From NCBI GenBank assembly GCA_946965045.2, contig OX337228.1:1612001-1676000 (forward strand): a stretch of 64,000 bases of DNA, in the 5' to 3' direction. Each line of letters opens with the position of its first letter. Positions within the stretch are counted from its first letter, which is position 1. The notes beneath the pieces were generated by a model. It did not search any database and had not been told where the DNA came from. It saw only the letters and a program-made list of their open reading frames with translations. Position numbers and translations under genes: made by a program. Source of the stretch: Epithemia pelagica (taxonomy: Eukaryota; Protista; Bacillariophyta). Shown here piece after piece: positions 23,797 through 34,786 of the stretch.

Positions 23797-24319
23797 TGAC
23801 AAAAGGTAAAGGACTCCGGTTGTTACGACACAACAATCAAAGATACAACAAAGCGTTAGACAATTCAAGGCACCAACCACGCAGCCAATTCCCCACGGGT
23901 CAAGGAAAGGGCCAGCAACTACTAGAAGAGTAGGTAGGACACAAAGAGATGTGATGATGATGCTTTTTAGAATTGTGAGTGTTATTGTCTATGTTAGTGC
24001 TTGTTGTTGTTCTTCCCCCTTTTCCATCCATTTGTACTAGGTACGTAGAAATCTACACGCAGCATTGCTGGTTTGTGTGCATCTGACACCTAGATCGCAT
24101 TCAATTGTCCCAAGATATCGCACATGTTCATGGATGATGTCTAGCTCATGTCCAAGGCCATTGAAAGCGCCTCCTATCGTATTCCCTTTCTCTCCATTGT
24201 CTAAACTACGATCTACATGTGCTAGGTGTTTGTATATTATGACGTCACAGCCAGATGAAACCACTAGGTATTGATCGTGACTCATCGTACGATCAGTCAC
24301 GGTCATCTACCTTGTGCGA
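23797..24319 (-). repeat. 5' LTR of element A
   Basis: Direct repeat of 16602-17124. Confidence 0.97.
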
Positions 24320-27300
24320 ACTTTCTCTTTTATACCTAACCTTATGCCTTTTATGCCTAAATGCATCAATGCATGATCCATCTTAAGCAGTACGTCAGCG
24401 AAAGAAACCTGACGTCTGGTGAATGGTGAATTAAGGTGATGACAAAAACTGACGTAATCGGCAATCAATATTAAATCAGATTGGATAAACAGCAAAGAGT
24501 GTGGATGTTAGTTTAGGTTCTTTTCTATCCTATGACTGGGAATGTTCTACTTCCCGCTCGCTAATGCGCAGGCTGGCGTGTCTTTCGGACGGACTAATCT
24601 GCTTCCACTCGCACTCGGTCGCCGATATTTTCTACATCGGGGATCAGGGCATCAATATTAAATGATCTAGTTCCGAGTTCGACGTAGAAACTAATTGTAA
24701 TATGTCCAATTTGATTGCTAACTGCTAACTCAATGAATGAGAAATTGAGGAAGGAGAGATGAGAACGGACGAATCAGATTGCGTCGAGTTCGAACATGTC
24801 CGCTTCAGAAATTTTGGCCTCTTACAAGTACGAGCTCCACCGCACGAAAGTTCTTCGCGCAGTAGCCCGTGCTTCACCAACTGATGAGACTTCCGCCCAA
24901 CGAGATTCACTACACCATACATTTTCCAAGAGTAAAATGAATTGCCCCTCATCCACGGTTGATTTTCTCGTAAGGTTACCTCGTACCGATGAAACCTCTC
25001 ACCATGATACGAGTATGCGATTACCCTTCCTGTACGACAGTAGTAAAACAACAATCATACTAGTGCAAAATGTACAAACCGCTTCCTAATGATAAGCCTA
25101 TTTTATGTTACCACCACTGCTGCTTGTGGTCGTTGTTATAGGAGATTGTTGCATTCAGCCGAGACGAGGAGTTCATTGTTGAGTTTGTCCCCGTTGTCGT
25201 GGCACCGGATTGTCTCTTTCGGCCAAACCAAGAAGTTGATTGTTGCGCTTGTTGTAGAACCGTAGAACTGAGAGAGACAGAGATGGAGAGCAGCTGGTGA
25301 TTGGTGTGTTTGTTGTCATTGTCATTATCGTGGCCCCGAAGTGTTTCACTCGGCCGAACCAACCAGTTGATTGTTATGATGGGGACATGCACTGCTACGC
25401 GAGGCCAAAACCAATTGGTTACATGTACTTGGTTGTGTCTGTGGTCATGGTTGAGGGTGTCGTATCATCATCACCATCCGATGGCTCGGTCGTTGTGGTT
25501 GTTGGTTTTGTCGTCGTGATTCTCCATCCTGTTCTGGTTGTGGCGACATCCTCGGCCGAGGAGGCTGCCAAAAAGTGAAGGGAAGTCTCCCTCCATTGTT
25601 GCACCATAACACTACCTTTCAGTTGTTTATTGTTGTGTCCTTAGGTCCAGTACAACCTCGGTGTTGTTGTTGTTGTTTCCATCTGTGGTCCTGTCTTGGT
25701 CGTTGTCGCCGCTCATCAACTTGTCGAACCAAACAGTTTGCCGCTCGCAAGGCTCTTCGACCAAGGCCACCGCAGCTCCACGGCGTCCACTCCTTCTTCT
25801 TCCTCTCGAACTCTGTTGTCGGAAGCAGCCGCACCACGGGCATCACCATCCTTGATGGCAGTAGAAGCTCCTTCAACCCAAGGTTGACACTTGTTTTGTT
25901 AGGACTAGTCAGGCTTTTGTTGCGTTAGAACCACCAACGGACGAGGCGCGCATTTGTTGTGTTCGGACCAATCGGTGACGACGAGTTGATTGATGCGAGA
26001 AGAGAGATGCTGGATTCATTATATCGATCGTCATTGTCTTCTTTCCACGGTCACTTCCTTCGCTCCGGTTGCCAAAAATGGAAGGTCTTCCAAACCTTCC
26101 TGTAGCTCCACAGATTTTCACAGATCATCCCTTCCCGTCCATTCCCTCGCGGTACACGTGAAGATCAAGCTTCCTGGATGGTCGGCAGAGTGCTAGCACC
26201 TTTCCTTGGAGGTGCACACCGGCTTGAGTGTGCCATGGTGGTGTTATGCAGTGCAAAATGACCGTAGTGCTCTTCCTACCAAGTTAGAATCACTATAGAA
26301 AAAACAGTGGAGGCCCTGAAAGCACGGGCTACCGCGTGAAGAACTTTCGTGCGGTGGAGCTCGTACCACAAAACACGAAACAGACCACTAATAATTACTA
26401 ATAAATCATACCTCTACTCTCACTACCTCTAGCTAGCTAGAGAGGATTACCTTAGTGAAGTCTAATGTCTAAGTCTAATCACAAGAACTTATCCATTACT
26501 CCTCATTACTCCTATTATAGATCTATGCCTACCCCTTTCTACCGGTAGTTAGCTGCTCCTACTAGCTAGCTAGTACTCCTCACTATGAGTAGAAACCCTA
26601 ACAACTACCTAGGTAGTAGACTCCCTACGCAATCGTTTTTCGGTGCGATCTCACTTATCAAATAAATCTCGAATCCCCTCTCACTCTCATGTTCACTGTT
26701 TTGCTGAAATTCCCTCATCTAAATCGGTAACAAGGAAATTATACGATTGTTATCAAGGTAACTGTGTAAATTCGCTGTTGATGGCACGCGCCAAAATCGT
26801 TCGAAACGGCGACGAATTCGGCTGCCAATTCGACACTTTTGTGCTTGGGGCATTTTAGGGGCCATATTTTATCACTCCCCTCAAGTTGGTTCCGCCACTG
26901 TGGAGGGATCAACTTGCCCAATCGTTGCTCAAAATGTGAGAATGTGCTCGCATGTGGTGGTTCATCCCATCAAATCCCAGCACTTTACGGACGGCTGCAT
27001 CCCATCCACTTATGCCCTGCTCATGAGGGTCCAGTGCCAAGTGCACATTCCATTCCTCGCATGAATTCACTCAGATACATGTCTGACTTTTGCCCCCACC
27101 TTGGAACAAAATAAACTCCTTGGTGGTTCACTGTCGTAGCTACATCCACCAAAATGATCCACCTCTTTCGATCACTCGTCAACTCGTGCTGTGTCGTTAT
27201 GACAATCACTCAACACCACGTCCCATTCCCCTCGAAGTGGTTCCACATGAATGTGTAGTCCACTCCGCACTTCCACCTGTGGTGGTTCACCGTCGTAGTT

Positions 27301-28641
27301 ACATCCACCATTCAACTTAAAATTTGTGTGCTCTGCTTTCATGCATAGCTCACATCGGTAAGGGAACACATTTCCCTTCAATTCGTCATTGCAAACATAG
27401 TGGTTCGCCTTCATGGCTACATCCACTACCAAAACATAAGTGGTTCACCATCATGGTTACATCCACTTGCACTTTACATGGGAGTCGCTCGGTGATCATC
27501 ACCTACTCCATCCCAGGACATGGGGACACTTGTCCCTGATCGCCCATGCATCTGGGCCAGAATATCGAGTGTTGGAGACAACACGAAGATGCACTGTCAT
27601 CTCTGTCCCAAAACCACTCTCTGGTCACATGACCATGGAAAGGCCCAAGGTTGCATACCTCATACAATTTTGCATTTGGGCATGTTTCCATATCAATACT
27701 TCATTGGGCCAAGACAGGATGCTCGGATATTTCCAAACGGTCATTTCCTCGTCTACAAAATCCAAATGTCATCATTTCATCATGAAATGAGCCAGTTTTG
27801 CACCTTCCAATCTCGAAGGACCATTTCGCAGAATGGATGAAATTGCAGAATCATCATGAAAATTGAGAAATTTGGTGATGGAGGTGTTCATTCCTCCCCT
27901 CACGCAGACAATGCTCAGGACAACAAAGTCTCATGCTTTTCTCGGTTTCCCGCCTTGGCTGCGTGTCTCCTGCACCAAAATCACCAAGGTCACAGCGGAA
28001 AATAGAGCGTAAAACATCACAAATCCTCGTCAGAACTTGATTTGTGGTGTGCCAAGTCGAAAACTCCCAAAATGTCATTATTTGGGTTTTTCATGGCTCA
28101 GACTCATCACCACTCAAAAACACACAAATGCTCGAATTCCATACTACGATCACATTTGGCGTCGCTGTGAACCTCACGGGGAATCCACCAAGGTGAAACC
28201 TGAGGTCACAACCTCCTCATCCTGACAACAATCCACCAGTGTGCTTGTTGCCAAGGTAGAAATGACATGGAGTCATTGGCATCAGTCGTTGAAACCAATT
28301 GACCACACTTGCCAATTGCGGATCGTTTTGGCCATTACCGTCATTTTACCGATGTTCATCATCAGTATCTCTCCTGACGTTCATCGTCCGAGTCAGTATT
28401 TCCACCAATTGTTTACCATCATGGTCATCTTTAGTTGAGACCTACAAACCTTCGTCGTAGCTAGTCTCGTTGTCATCATGACAGTGTTACATCAGCTTGT
28501 CAGCATTTTGAACTTGGATTTGCGTTCAGTTTGTTGGGATTCGGCTGGTCAAGACTATCCATTGGCATTCCCTTCTTGGTGCCTCACTTGCCAGCATCAA
28601 ATCAATGGCACAGTCATTGATGTCCTCGTGCCCACGTTTGT

Positions 28642-29401
28642 CATCGCAGTTATACCCACATCATGGAGCATCGTTTACTGCTGTCGTCGTATTGACTTTT
28701 ACTGCTGTCATCGCAGTTATACCCACATCATGGGGCATCGTTTACTGCTGTCGTCGCATTGACTTTTACTGCTGTCATCGCAGTTACCTTTACTGCTGTC
28801 GTTGCAGTCTTTGCATTCCTTGACTTTTACTGCTATCGTTGCAGAGCCTTGACTTTTACTGCTGTCGTCGCAGAGACTTTTACTGCTGTCGTCACATCCC
28901 ATGCTGTCTGGCTCTACTTCTCCCCTCAGACTTCACATTGCCTTGAGGATATGAGAAGTCTGATTTACTGCTGTCGTCGCAGTCTTTGCATTCCTTGACT
29001 TTTACTGCTGTCGTTGCAGAGCCTTGACTTTTACTGCTGTCGTCGCAGAGACTTTTACTGCTGTCGTCACATCCCATGCTGTCTGGCTCTACTTCTCCCC
29101 TCAGACTTCACATTGCCTTGAGGATATGAGAAGTCTGATTTACTGCTGTCGTCGCAGTCTTTGCATTCCTTGACTTTTACTGCTGTCGTTGCAGAGCCTT
29201 GACTTTTACTGCTGTCGTCGCAGAGACTTTTACTGCTGTCGTCACATCCCATGCTGTCTGGCTCTACTTCTCCCCTCAGACTTCACATTGCCTTGAGGAT
29301 ATGAGAAGTCTGATTTACTGCTGTCGTCGCATCCCATGCTGTCTGGCTCTACTTCTCCCCTCAGACTGCACATAGCCTTGAGGATATGAGAAGTCTGATT
29401 T
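28642..29401. repeat. Higher-order tandem array inside element B
   Basis: Two 67-bp units, then about three 175-bp units and a truncated one; all built from the core TTTTACTGCTGTCGTCGCA. Confidence 0.92.
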
Positions 29402-29724
29402 AGAGCCAGCAACGTGAAGACATTTTGTGCATTTGTGCATTGACGCTGCAGTGCAGTGGAGGTGCGAGTGTCATTCCGCCCACACACATTGTGGGAAGCA
29501 TTTGTCCGACGGTGTCCTCACATTGCAAACCGCATCATCCCGCCAGTGTTTGCATCGTACAAGCTGACTCAACCTCTCCCCTCAAACTGCCATCATTGCA
29601 TTGAGAAAAAGGGAGTGGTTTGGCATTGAGCCAGCACAGTGCGTCCATCCGCCATTTTTGTTTGCGTCCACTCGCCAGTACATTGGTTTGATTGTTGAAG
29701 GCAAGCCCCCAATATGATCAATCA

Positions 29725-29839
29725 GCGTCAACTCGCCAGTATCATATGCGTCAACTCGCCAGTATCATATGCGTCAACTCGCCAGTATGATTTGCGTCAA
29801 CTTGCCAGTATGATTTGCGTCAACTCGCCAGTATCATAA
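29725..29839. repeat. Tandem repeat, 5 x 23 bp, inside element B
   Basis: Unit GCGTCAACTCGCCAGTATCATAT and variants at 29725, 29748, 29771, 29794 and 29817. Confidence 0.95.
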
Positions 29840-30147
29840 ACAAGAAACAAAGGCCCAAAACAAGACAAACAATCACCCTCATGGGTCTTTAGGTTTGCTT
29901 GGTATTTGCCCAATCTTGCTCTGATCAATGTCCCAGCTGCACGCTCATGGTGTGGTTGGGCTCAGTAGCAGACTTGGATAATGTACATCCTTCGTCCATT
30001 CCTTGGTCATCGATGTTGTCGCATGGGTCATCCATCCTCATGATGGCAAGCATACCCAAACACACGACACCAATACACCAGAAAAGAACGACTTTGCCAA
30101 TTCCAATGATAATTCGGTGCTTCAGTAAGCCCCATCGTCAAGGCAAT

Positions 30148-30161
30148 TGGGTCTGATAAAC
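30148..30161 (-). other. Primer-binding site of element B (tRNA-Ile(GAU)-like anticodon arm)
   Basis: Plus strand TGGGT-CTGATAA-AC abutting the TG of the LTR at 30162; identical to 40659-40672. Confidence 0.75.
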
Positions 30162-30432
30162 TGCTGAAATTCCCTCATCTAAATCGGTAACAAGGAAATT
30201 ATACGATTGTTATCAAGGTAACTGTGTAAATTTGCTGTTGATGGCACGCGCCAAAATCGTTCGAAACGGCGACGAATTCGGCTGCCAATTTGACACTTTT
30301 GTGCTTGGGGCATTTTAGGGGCCATATTTTATCAGTTTTATAACGATTACTCTACTACCAGTATCCGTAGTGTGAACGGTGAACGGGGATCAGTCAAATT
30401 GCAGTGACCAGTGACCAGCCAGTGACCAGTGA

Positions 30433-31358
30433 GGGTTGGTCTTAACAAGCGTGAAATTTCACACATTTCACACTTTCTGCCTACGTAGCCTGACGTTGCA
30501 GTGAAATTTGATGAAATTCACAAATCTGCTCTCCAGGGCTCTTTTCACATCGAACAATATTTCACACAGAGGTTTATGGGTTCTAGGAGAGAGAAAAATT
30601 GAGATTTTTTAGCCTGCGCCAAGTTCCAACCAACAAAATCAAACAAACCCCCACCATGACAGACCCTCCTCCTGCACCTCAGGATGTTGGGCCTGAGAAG
30701 AAGCACACTTCATAAACAACAGCATAAGCTGTTGATTTCTTGACATCTACAGTTCTTCGGATGTCGTGCATTGCACCCCCTCGTAGATAACGAAGGGTCA
30801 TGTAAAGCCGTAGTTCAGTGGGTATGGCTCCACCCCGACGTGCTGCCATGTCCTCGTCCTTGTGAAGCTTCTCTTTGATCAAGATATGGAGTTTTGCGAA
30901 TGCATCCACAGGCATTCTGATGCACTTCTCGAAGTCTTTCGGATTGTTCGCCATCTGCGCAGCCACAAAAGTTTCCCGGTGGAGTAGCTTGAGGGGACAA
31001 CTTGGTGAACGACTTCTTGGTACTCTTGGTGTTTCTTGTTGTTTGATCTGCATCCATAGCTGAATCAAACCAAGAACATCAAATGCTGTCTCCTGTTCAG
31101 CAATTTCTTCTTCTTCCTCCATTGTCAAGAGATTCATCGTGCACAACAATCAATATGTGCACAACAATCAAAGTGTGGTTATTGGTTTTTGTTGTCGTAC
31201 GTGCGGATCAGATGGATGATGGTGTGGGGGAAGTGGTGGGAGGGGGTGAAAACATTTCACATCGTTTAGACCCTAGGATTTCACGTCTAAAAACTGTGAC
31301 AAACCGAAGGTGTTTTAGTGTGAAACATGTGAAATTTCACGCTTGTTAAGACCAACCC
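30433..31358 (-). mobile_element. PIF/Harbinger internal-deletion derivative, 926 bp
   Basis: 42-bp TIRs GGGTTGGTCTTAACAAGCGTGAAATTTCACA.. (two mismatches); TSD TGA (30430-30432, 31359-31361); transposase fragment inside. Confidence 0.92.
30679..31149 (-). pseudogene. N-terminal HTH fragment of a Harbinger/PIF transposase; no DDE core
   Basis: IRMPVDAFAKL..AIPTELRLYMTLRYLRGG..DI..VKKSTAYAVVYEV. Confidence 0.8.
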
Positions 31359-31952
31359 TGACCACCGAGAGCTAGGTACAGCTAGGAGCCGGGATCTGAA
31401 GTCTGAAGTCTGGATCTGGAATCTGGAGTCTGGCGTCGTGTTGTGTGCTGTGTTGTTGTGTTGGATCGGGGGAGCTTCAAGGTTCAAGATTCAAGACCGG
31501 AAAACCGGAAACAAAGAGCCAAGAGAGAAAAGAACAACTGCTGTCAACTACGTCTACGTCGCGAGTGACGGCGAACAACAACAGGGCCATTGGCCATTTC
31601 TCACTACAACTAATTTGTAGTAGCAGAAAGTGCAAGTTCATGGTTACGAGCACCATCATGACAACATATATCATATATCATGATTATATGATTATTGTGA
31701 CGATCGAAGATGTGAGGCATTTCTTGTCCTTTCTTGTACTTTCCGAAGCAAAACAGATCTCGAATCTCGACACTTGACTTTTTGAGATCGGGATGATGAG
31801 CAAAAAAATTCGCCCTTGGTTCTCCTACTCCTAGAGTGGATCGTCAAATAATGCACTTGGTCTTGACAAGATTTGGTTTATTCTCCATGTTTCTCTGTTG
31901 TTGCCAGCAGTTTCTTGACAGACAGCAACTTAAGCGCCACTGCTTGTCCCTA

Positions 31953-34124
31953 CTACCGTGATCGTGGGTCAGGGCTGGTTGTGGATTGCGTGGACGACGG
32001 AACCCCCAGGACTTTGTTAATCAAGTCGTTGGCTAACAAGTTCATGGGATCCAACCTGGCTCTTGCTTGGTTGAATTGGTGCAAGGGAAATCGTTGTTCC
32101 ATAAATAATCTCAGATTCGCCAATTGCCACACCGTTGCCGGAAGTTCCAACTTGGCCCAGTGAGATGTTGCATTGTATTTGACGCCAATGGATTTCATGA
32201 GGTTGCAGTATGGTCCCTTGAAAAGATTTGTAATCGCACGTCGTTGAACTTCGTCTTGTTCGGATACGGCCAAAGGTAGGTAGTTGATGATTCCCACCCA
32301 AGAATGAAGTCCATCGGGAGGACCATGTGCAGGAGACTGTTGGTGGTGGCATGTTGTCATCGGTGAGAAAAGAGGAGTGCAAGTATAATAAGCGTGTTGA
32401 GACCGACAACTTTCAAACATGTTCTAGAGAAACACAATGCGTCATCTTTCCAGTACTACACTTACCATGAGCGACGACGACGACGCCGTCCATCGCTGTT
32501 CAATAGGCGAATGCGCTGGAATACCGTGTTGTTCAATACCCTCCAACAATTCAGCCATGAACTTCATGTCGTTTCCATTGTTTGTTTGTTGCGTTCCAGT
32601 GGGGAAGCACATTTCGAGGACCCATTGTTGTCCTCCACAATCAAACTGCAACAATTGATCGCTTGGCTTGGTTTGATATCCCTCGCTGCGTTTCCAAAAT
32701 TCGGCTTCGGCCTGATTGCATCGCTTCACATGTTCCACATCCAACGGGTTGTAGGCCACAATGGCGTCGCGCAAATCACCAAAGCCCATTCCGGCAATGT
32801 CTTCATTGCTATTATTTGAGCTATTAGTGTCTTGTTCTCGTAGTTCCAACAGCAAGTCACGGAGTGGTTGAAAGCGGGCCTCTTCGGCGTCGGCCTTTGG
32901 TGTTTTGAGTGCCTTTTCCTTCTTCTTTTTCTTCTTGTTGGTTTTGGGCTGGCTTGTCGTTGTGTCATGGATTGATAGTTCTTGCGCTGCTGTTTGCTGT
33001 GCTGGTTTGGGATCATTGGTAACCACAACTACAGTATCGGTGTAGGGGATCCACATGTATCGGATATGCTTGTGTTGTTTCAGCAAGACGTCAATTTGAT
33101 CCATGGCTTGTTGTCGTGAGAGACAATAGGTATGTTCGACCAATTCATGAGCGGGCACACATTTCATGGTCACTTGTACCACGACCCCCAAACATCCCAA
33201 TCCCACCTTGGCCAATTCAAAGAGGGACCCGTCGGCCGGTGTCAGTGTCAGGGTTCCTTGTCCCGGTGTGACGAGGACCAGTTCCGTCACGTAATGGTCC
33301 ACGGGGGACAGGGACTGACCCGTTCCATGAGCACCGACTTGGACAAAGCCTCCCATTTGTTGTTCGGCAATACTGGCCAAATTGGGCAAGGTCAAGTGAT
33401 GTGGTCTCAAGGCCTCGACGACTTGAGCCACACGGGCACCGGCTTGGACCGTGACGGTTTGCTGTTGGGTATCCACATGGACGAGACGATCCAAATTGGC
33501 CAAACCAATAATGCCACCTGGCTCGTCCTTGTTGTCGCAAAAGGCAATTCCATTGGGACTGAGAGCCGATCCCATGGGACGAATCTTGTATCCCTGTTTG
33601 TGACAATGAGCGACAATTTCTTGGACTTGTGACACCGTTTCTGGTTCCCAATAGCGATCGTTGGAGACTTGGGTGGAATGCGTTCCACTCCAATTCAACA
33701 ACAAGGTAGTGGCAGCATCGTCGTCGTCGGTCTCGTCCGTTTGGTCCACGGAATCTGCTTGTGGTGGTGGTGGCTGTTCTTCCAATTGAGTCGTTGTCGT
33801 CGTGAGAATACTACTACTACTACTACTACTCGTAGTACTAGTAGAACCCTCCGACGGACACCACCCCGCCGATGCCGCCAGGACAACGGCAGAGGCGGCT
33901 GCCGTGGCAATGGATGCCGTTCCGCCATTCCAGAAGGACGAATGACCCTTGCGAAACTCTTGGTTCGTTGTTTCACCGCCAAGCACTTGTGCTGATCTTG
34001 CTTTGGTCAAGACAGAAGCCGTTCTGGTCATTGTTGTAATTGTCGATCGCACGATTGGCTGACGCAACCCTACATGCGGTCGTCGTCGTGAACGGGGACT
34101 CATCCAACGACAAGCGAACTGCAT
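31953..34124 (-). CDS. GLDH: L-galactono-1,4-lactone dehydrogenase; 2 exons, intron 32337-32465; start Met uncertain (34124, 34103 or 34031)
   Basis: NWSGTH, GSALSPNG, LASIAEQQMGGFVQVGAHGTG, FDCGGQQWV, APIEQRWT, SWVGIINYLP, HWAKLE; a GTAAG..CAG intron joins SSLM to SPAH in frame; Arg/Ser/Thr-rich N-terminus resembles a mitochondrial presequence. Confidence 0.93.
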
Positions 34125-34548
34125 GGTGCGTCCTCCAGTGTGCCAAGTCCTCATGCTTTTCCTTTTTCAAACAAGTACTCGAGCCAGAGAGAGAGAACGA
34201 ACCAGAGTACTCGAACTACGGAGAGAACGAACCAGAGAAGTGTATCTAGGTATTGCAAACGGCTGTGGTGCGTTTGGGCCATGGCATGACGCAAAAGATC
34301 CACAGAAAGATATACGCGATCGATTTTGATAAACGCGACCTTTCTGCGTCTTGTGAAAGTACGCACGAGTCGCACGCACCACGTATAGCCCTACAAATGT
34401 CCGAACCAACGTCCTCGAAACGAACGGAAATTTTTAAATTAGCTAACTAGGATCTTGCGATTGCCTGTGTACTCGTCTCGTAACGTTGCTTGCAAAGATG
34501 CTGAACCCGAGAAGAGTGAGCTCTTCTCACGCTCCGACGACTCTGCAT

Positions 34549-34737
34549 CGAAAGAAATCGCTCATAACATGGCGGTGTACTCACTAGCTTAGGGGTAACT
34601 CAGGATTTCATGCAAAAGAGTGACCATACCGGCCAAGGACTAAGGGATAAGCATTATCGCTAGATTCAAGGTATATCGCCAGTGCGCGTCGGCCTCGCTG
34701 GGCGGAACGCCTGCCATCTCGTGACAGGAATCTTTCG
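34549..34737 (-). repeat. 3' LTR of element C
   Basis: Direct repeat of 40673-40861; terminal inverted hexamer CGAAAG/CTTTCG. Confidence 0.95.
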
Positions 34738-34786
34738 GTCCCCTCGAAGATGTGATGCCTAGGCCTCATAGATTCGATGTCGTAAA

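Larger units (their letters stand above)
16602..24319 (-). mobile_element. Full-length Ty1/copia LTR retrotransposon (element A, diatom CoDi-like), 7718 bp
   Basis: 523-bp LTR pair; 5-bp TSD ACTTT (16597-16601, 24320-24324); PPT AAAGGGGAG (17125-17133); gag-PR-IN-RT-RH order. Confidence 0.97.
26702..30334 (-). mobile_element. Non-autonomous LTR retroelement (element B, LARD/TRIM-like), 3633 bp
   Basis: 173-bp LTRs with TG..CA ends (26702-26874, 30162-30334; two differences seen); TSD GTTT; PPT GAGGGGAG (26875-26882); PBS identical to element C; no recognisable gag/pol ORF. Confidence 0.9.

Noticed and set aside
25108-26121. Possible gene with in-frame TGA (TINN*KVVLWCNNGG) read as selenocysteine
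   Set aside because: Further stops upstream and downstream in the same frame, no recognisable selenoprotein motif, no SECIS identified; left unannotated.
28642-29401. CRISPR-like array (constant core with variable linkers)
   Set aside because: Linkers are short and themselves repeat with 175-bp periodicity; no cas genes; eukaryotic LTR context.
34167-34260. GAGAACGAACCAGAG duplication upstream of GLDH
   Set aside because: Only two copies of 15 bp in low-complexity intergenic DNA.
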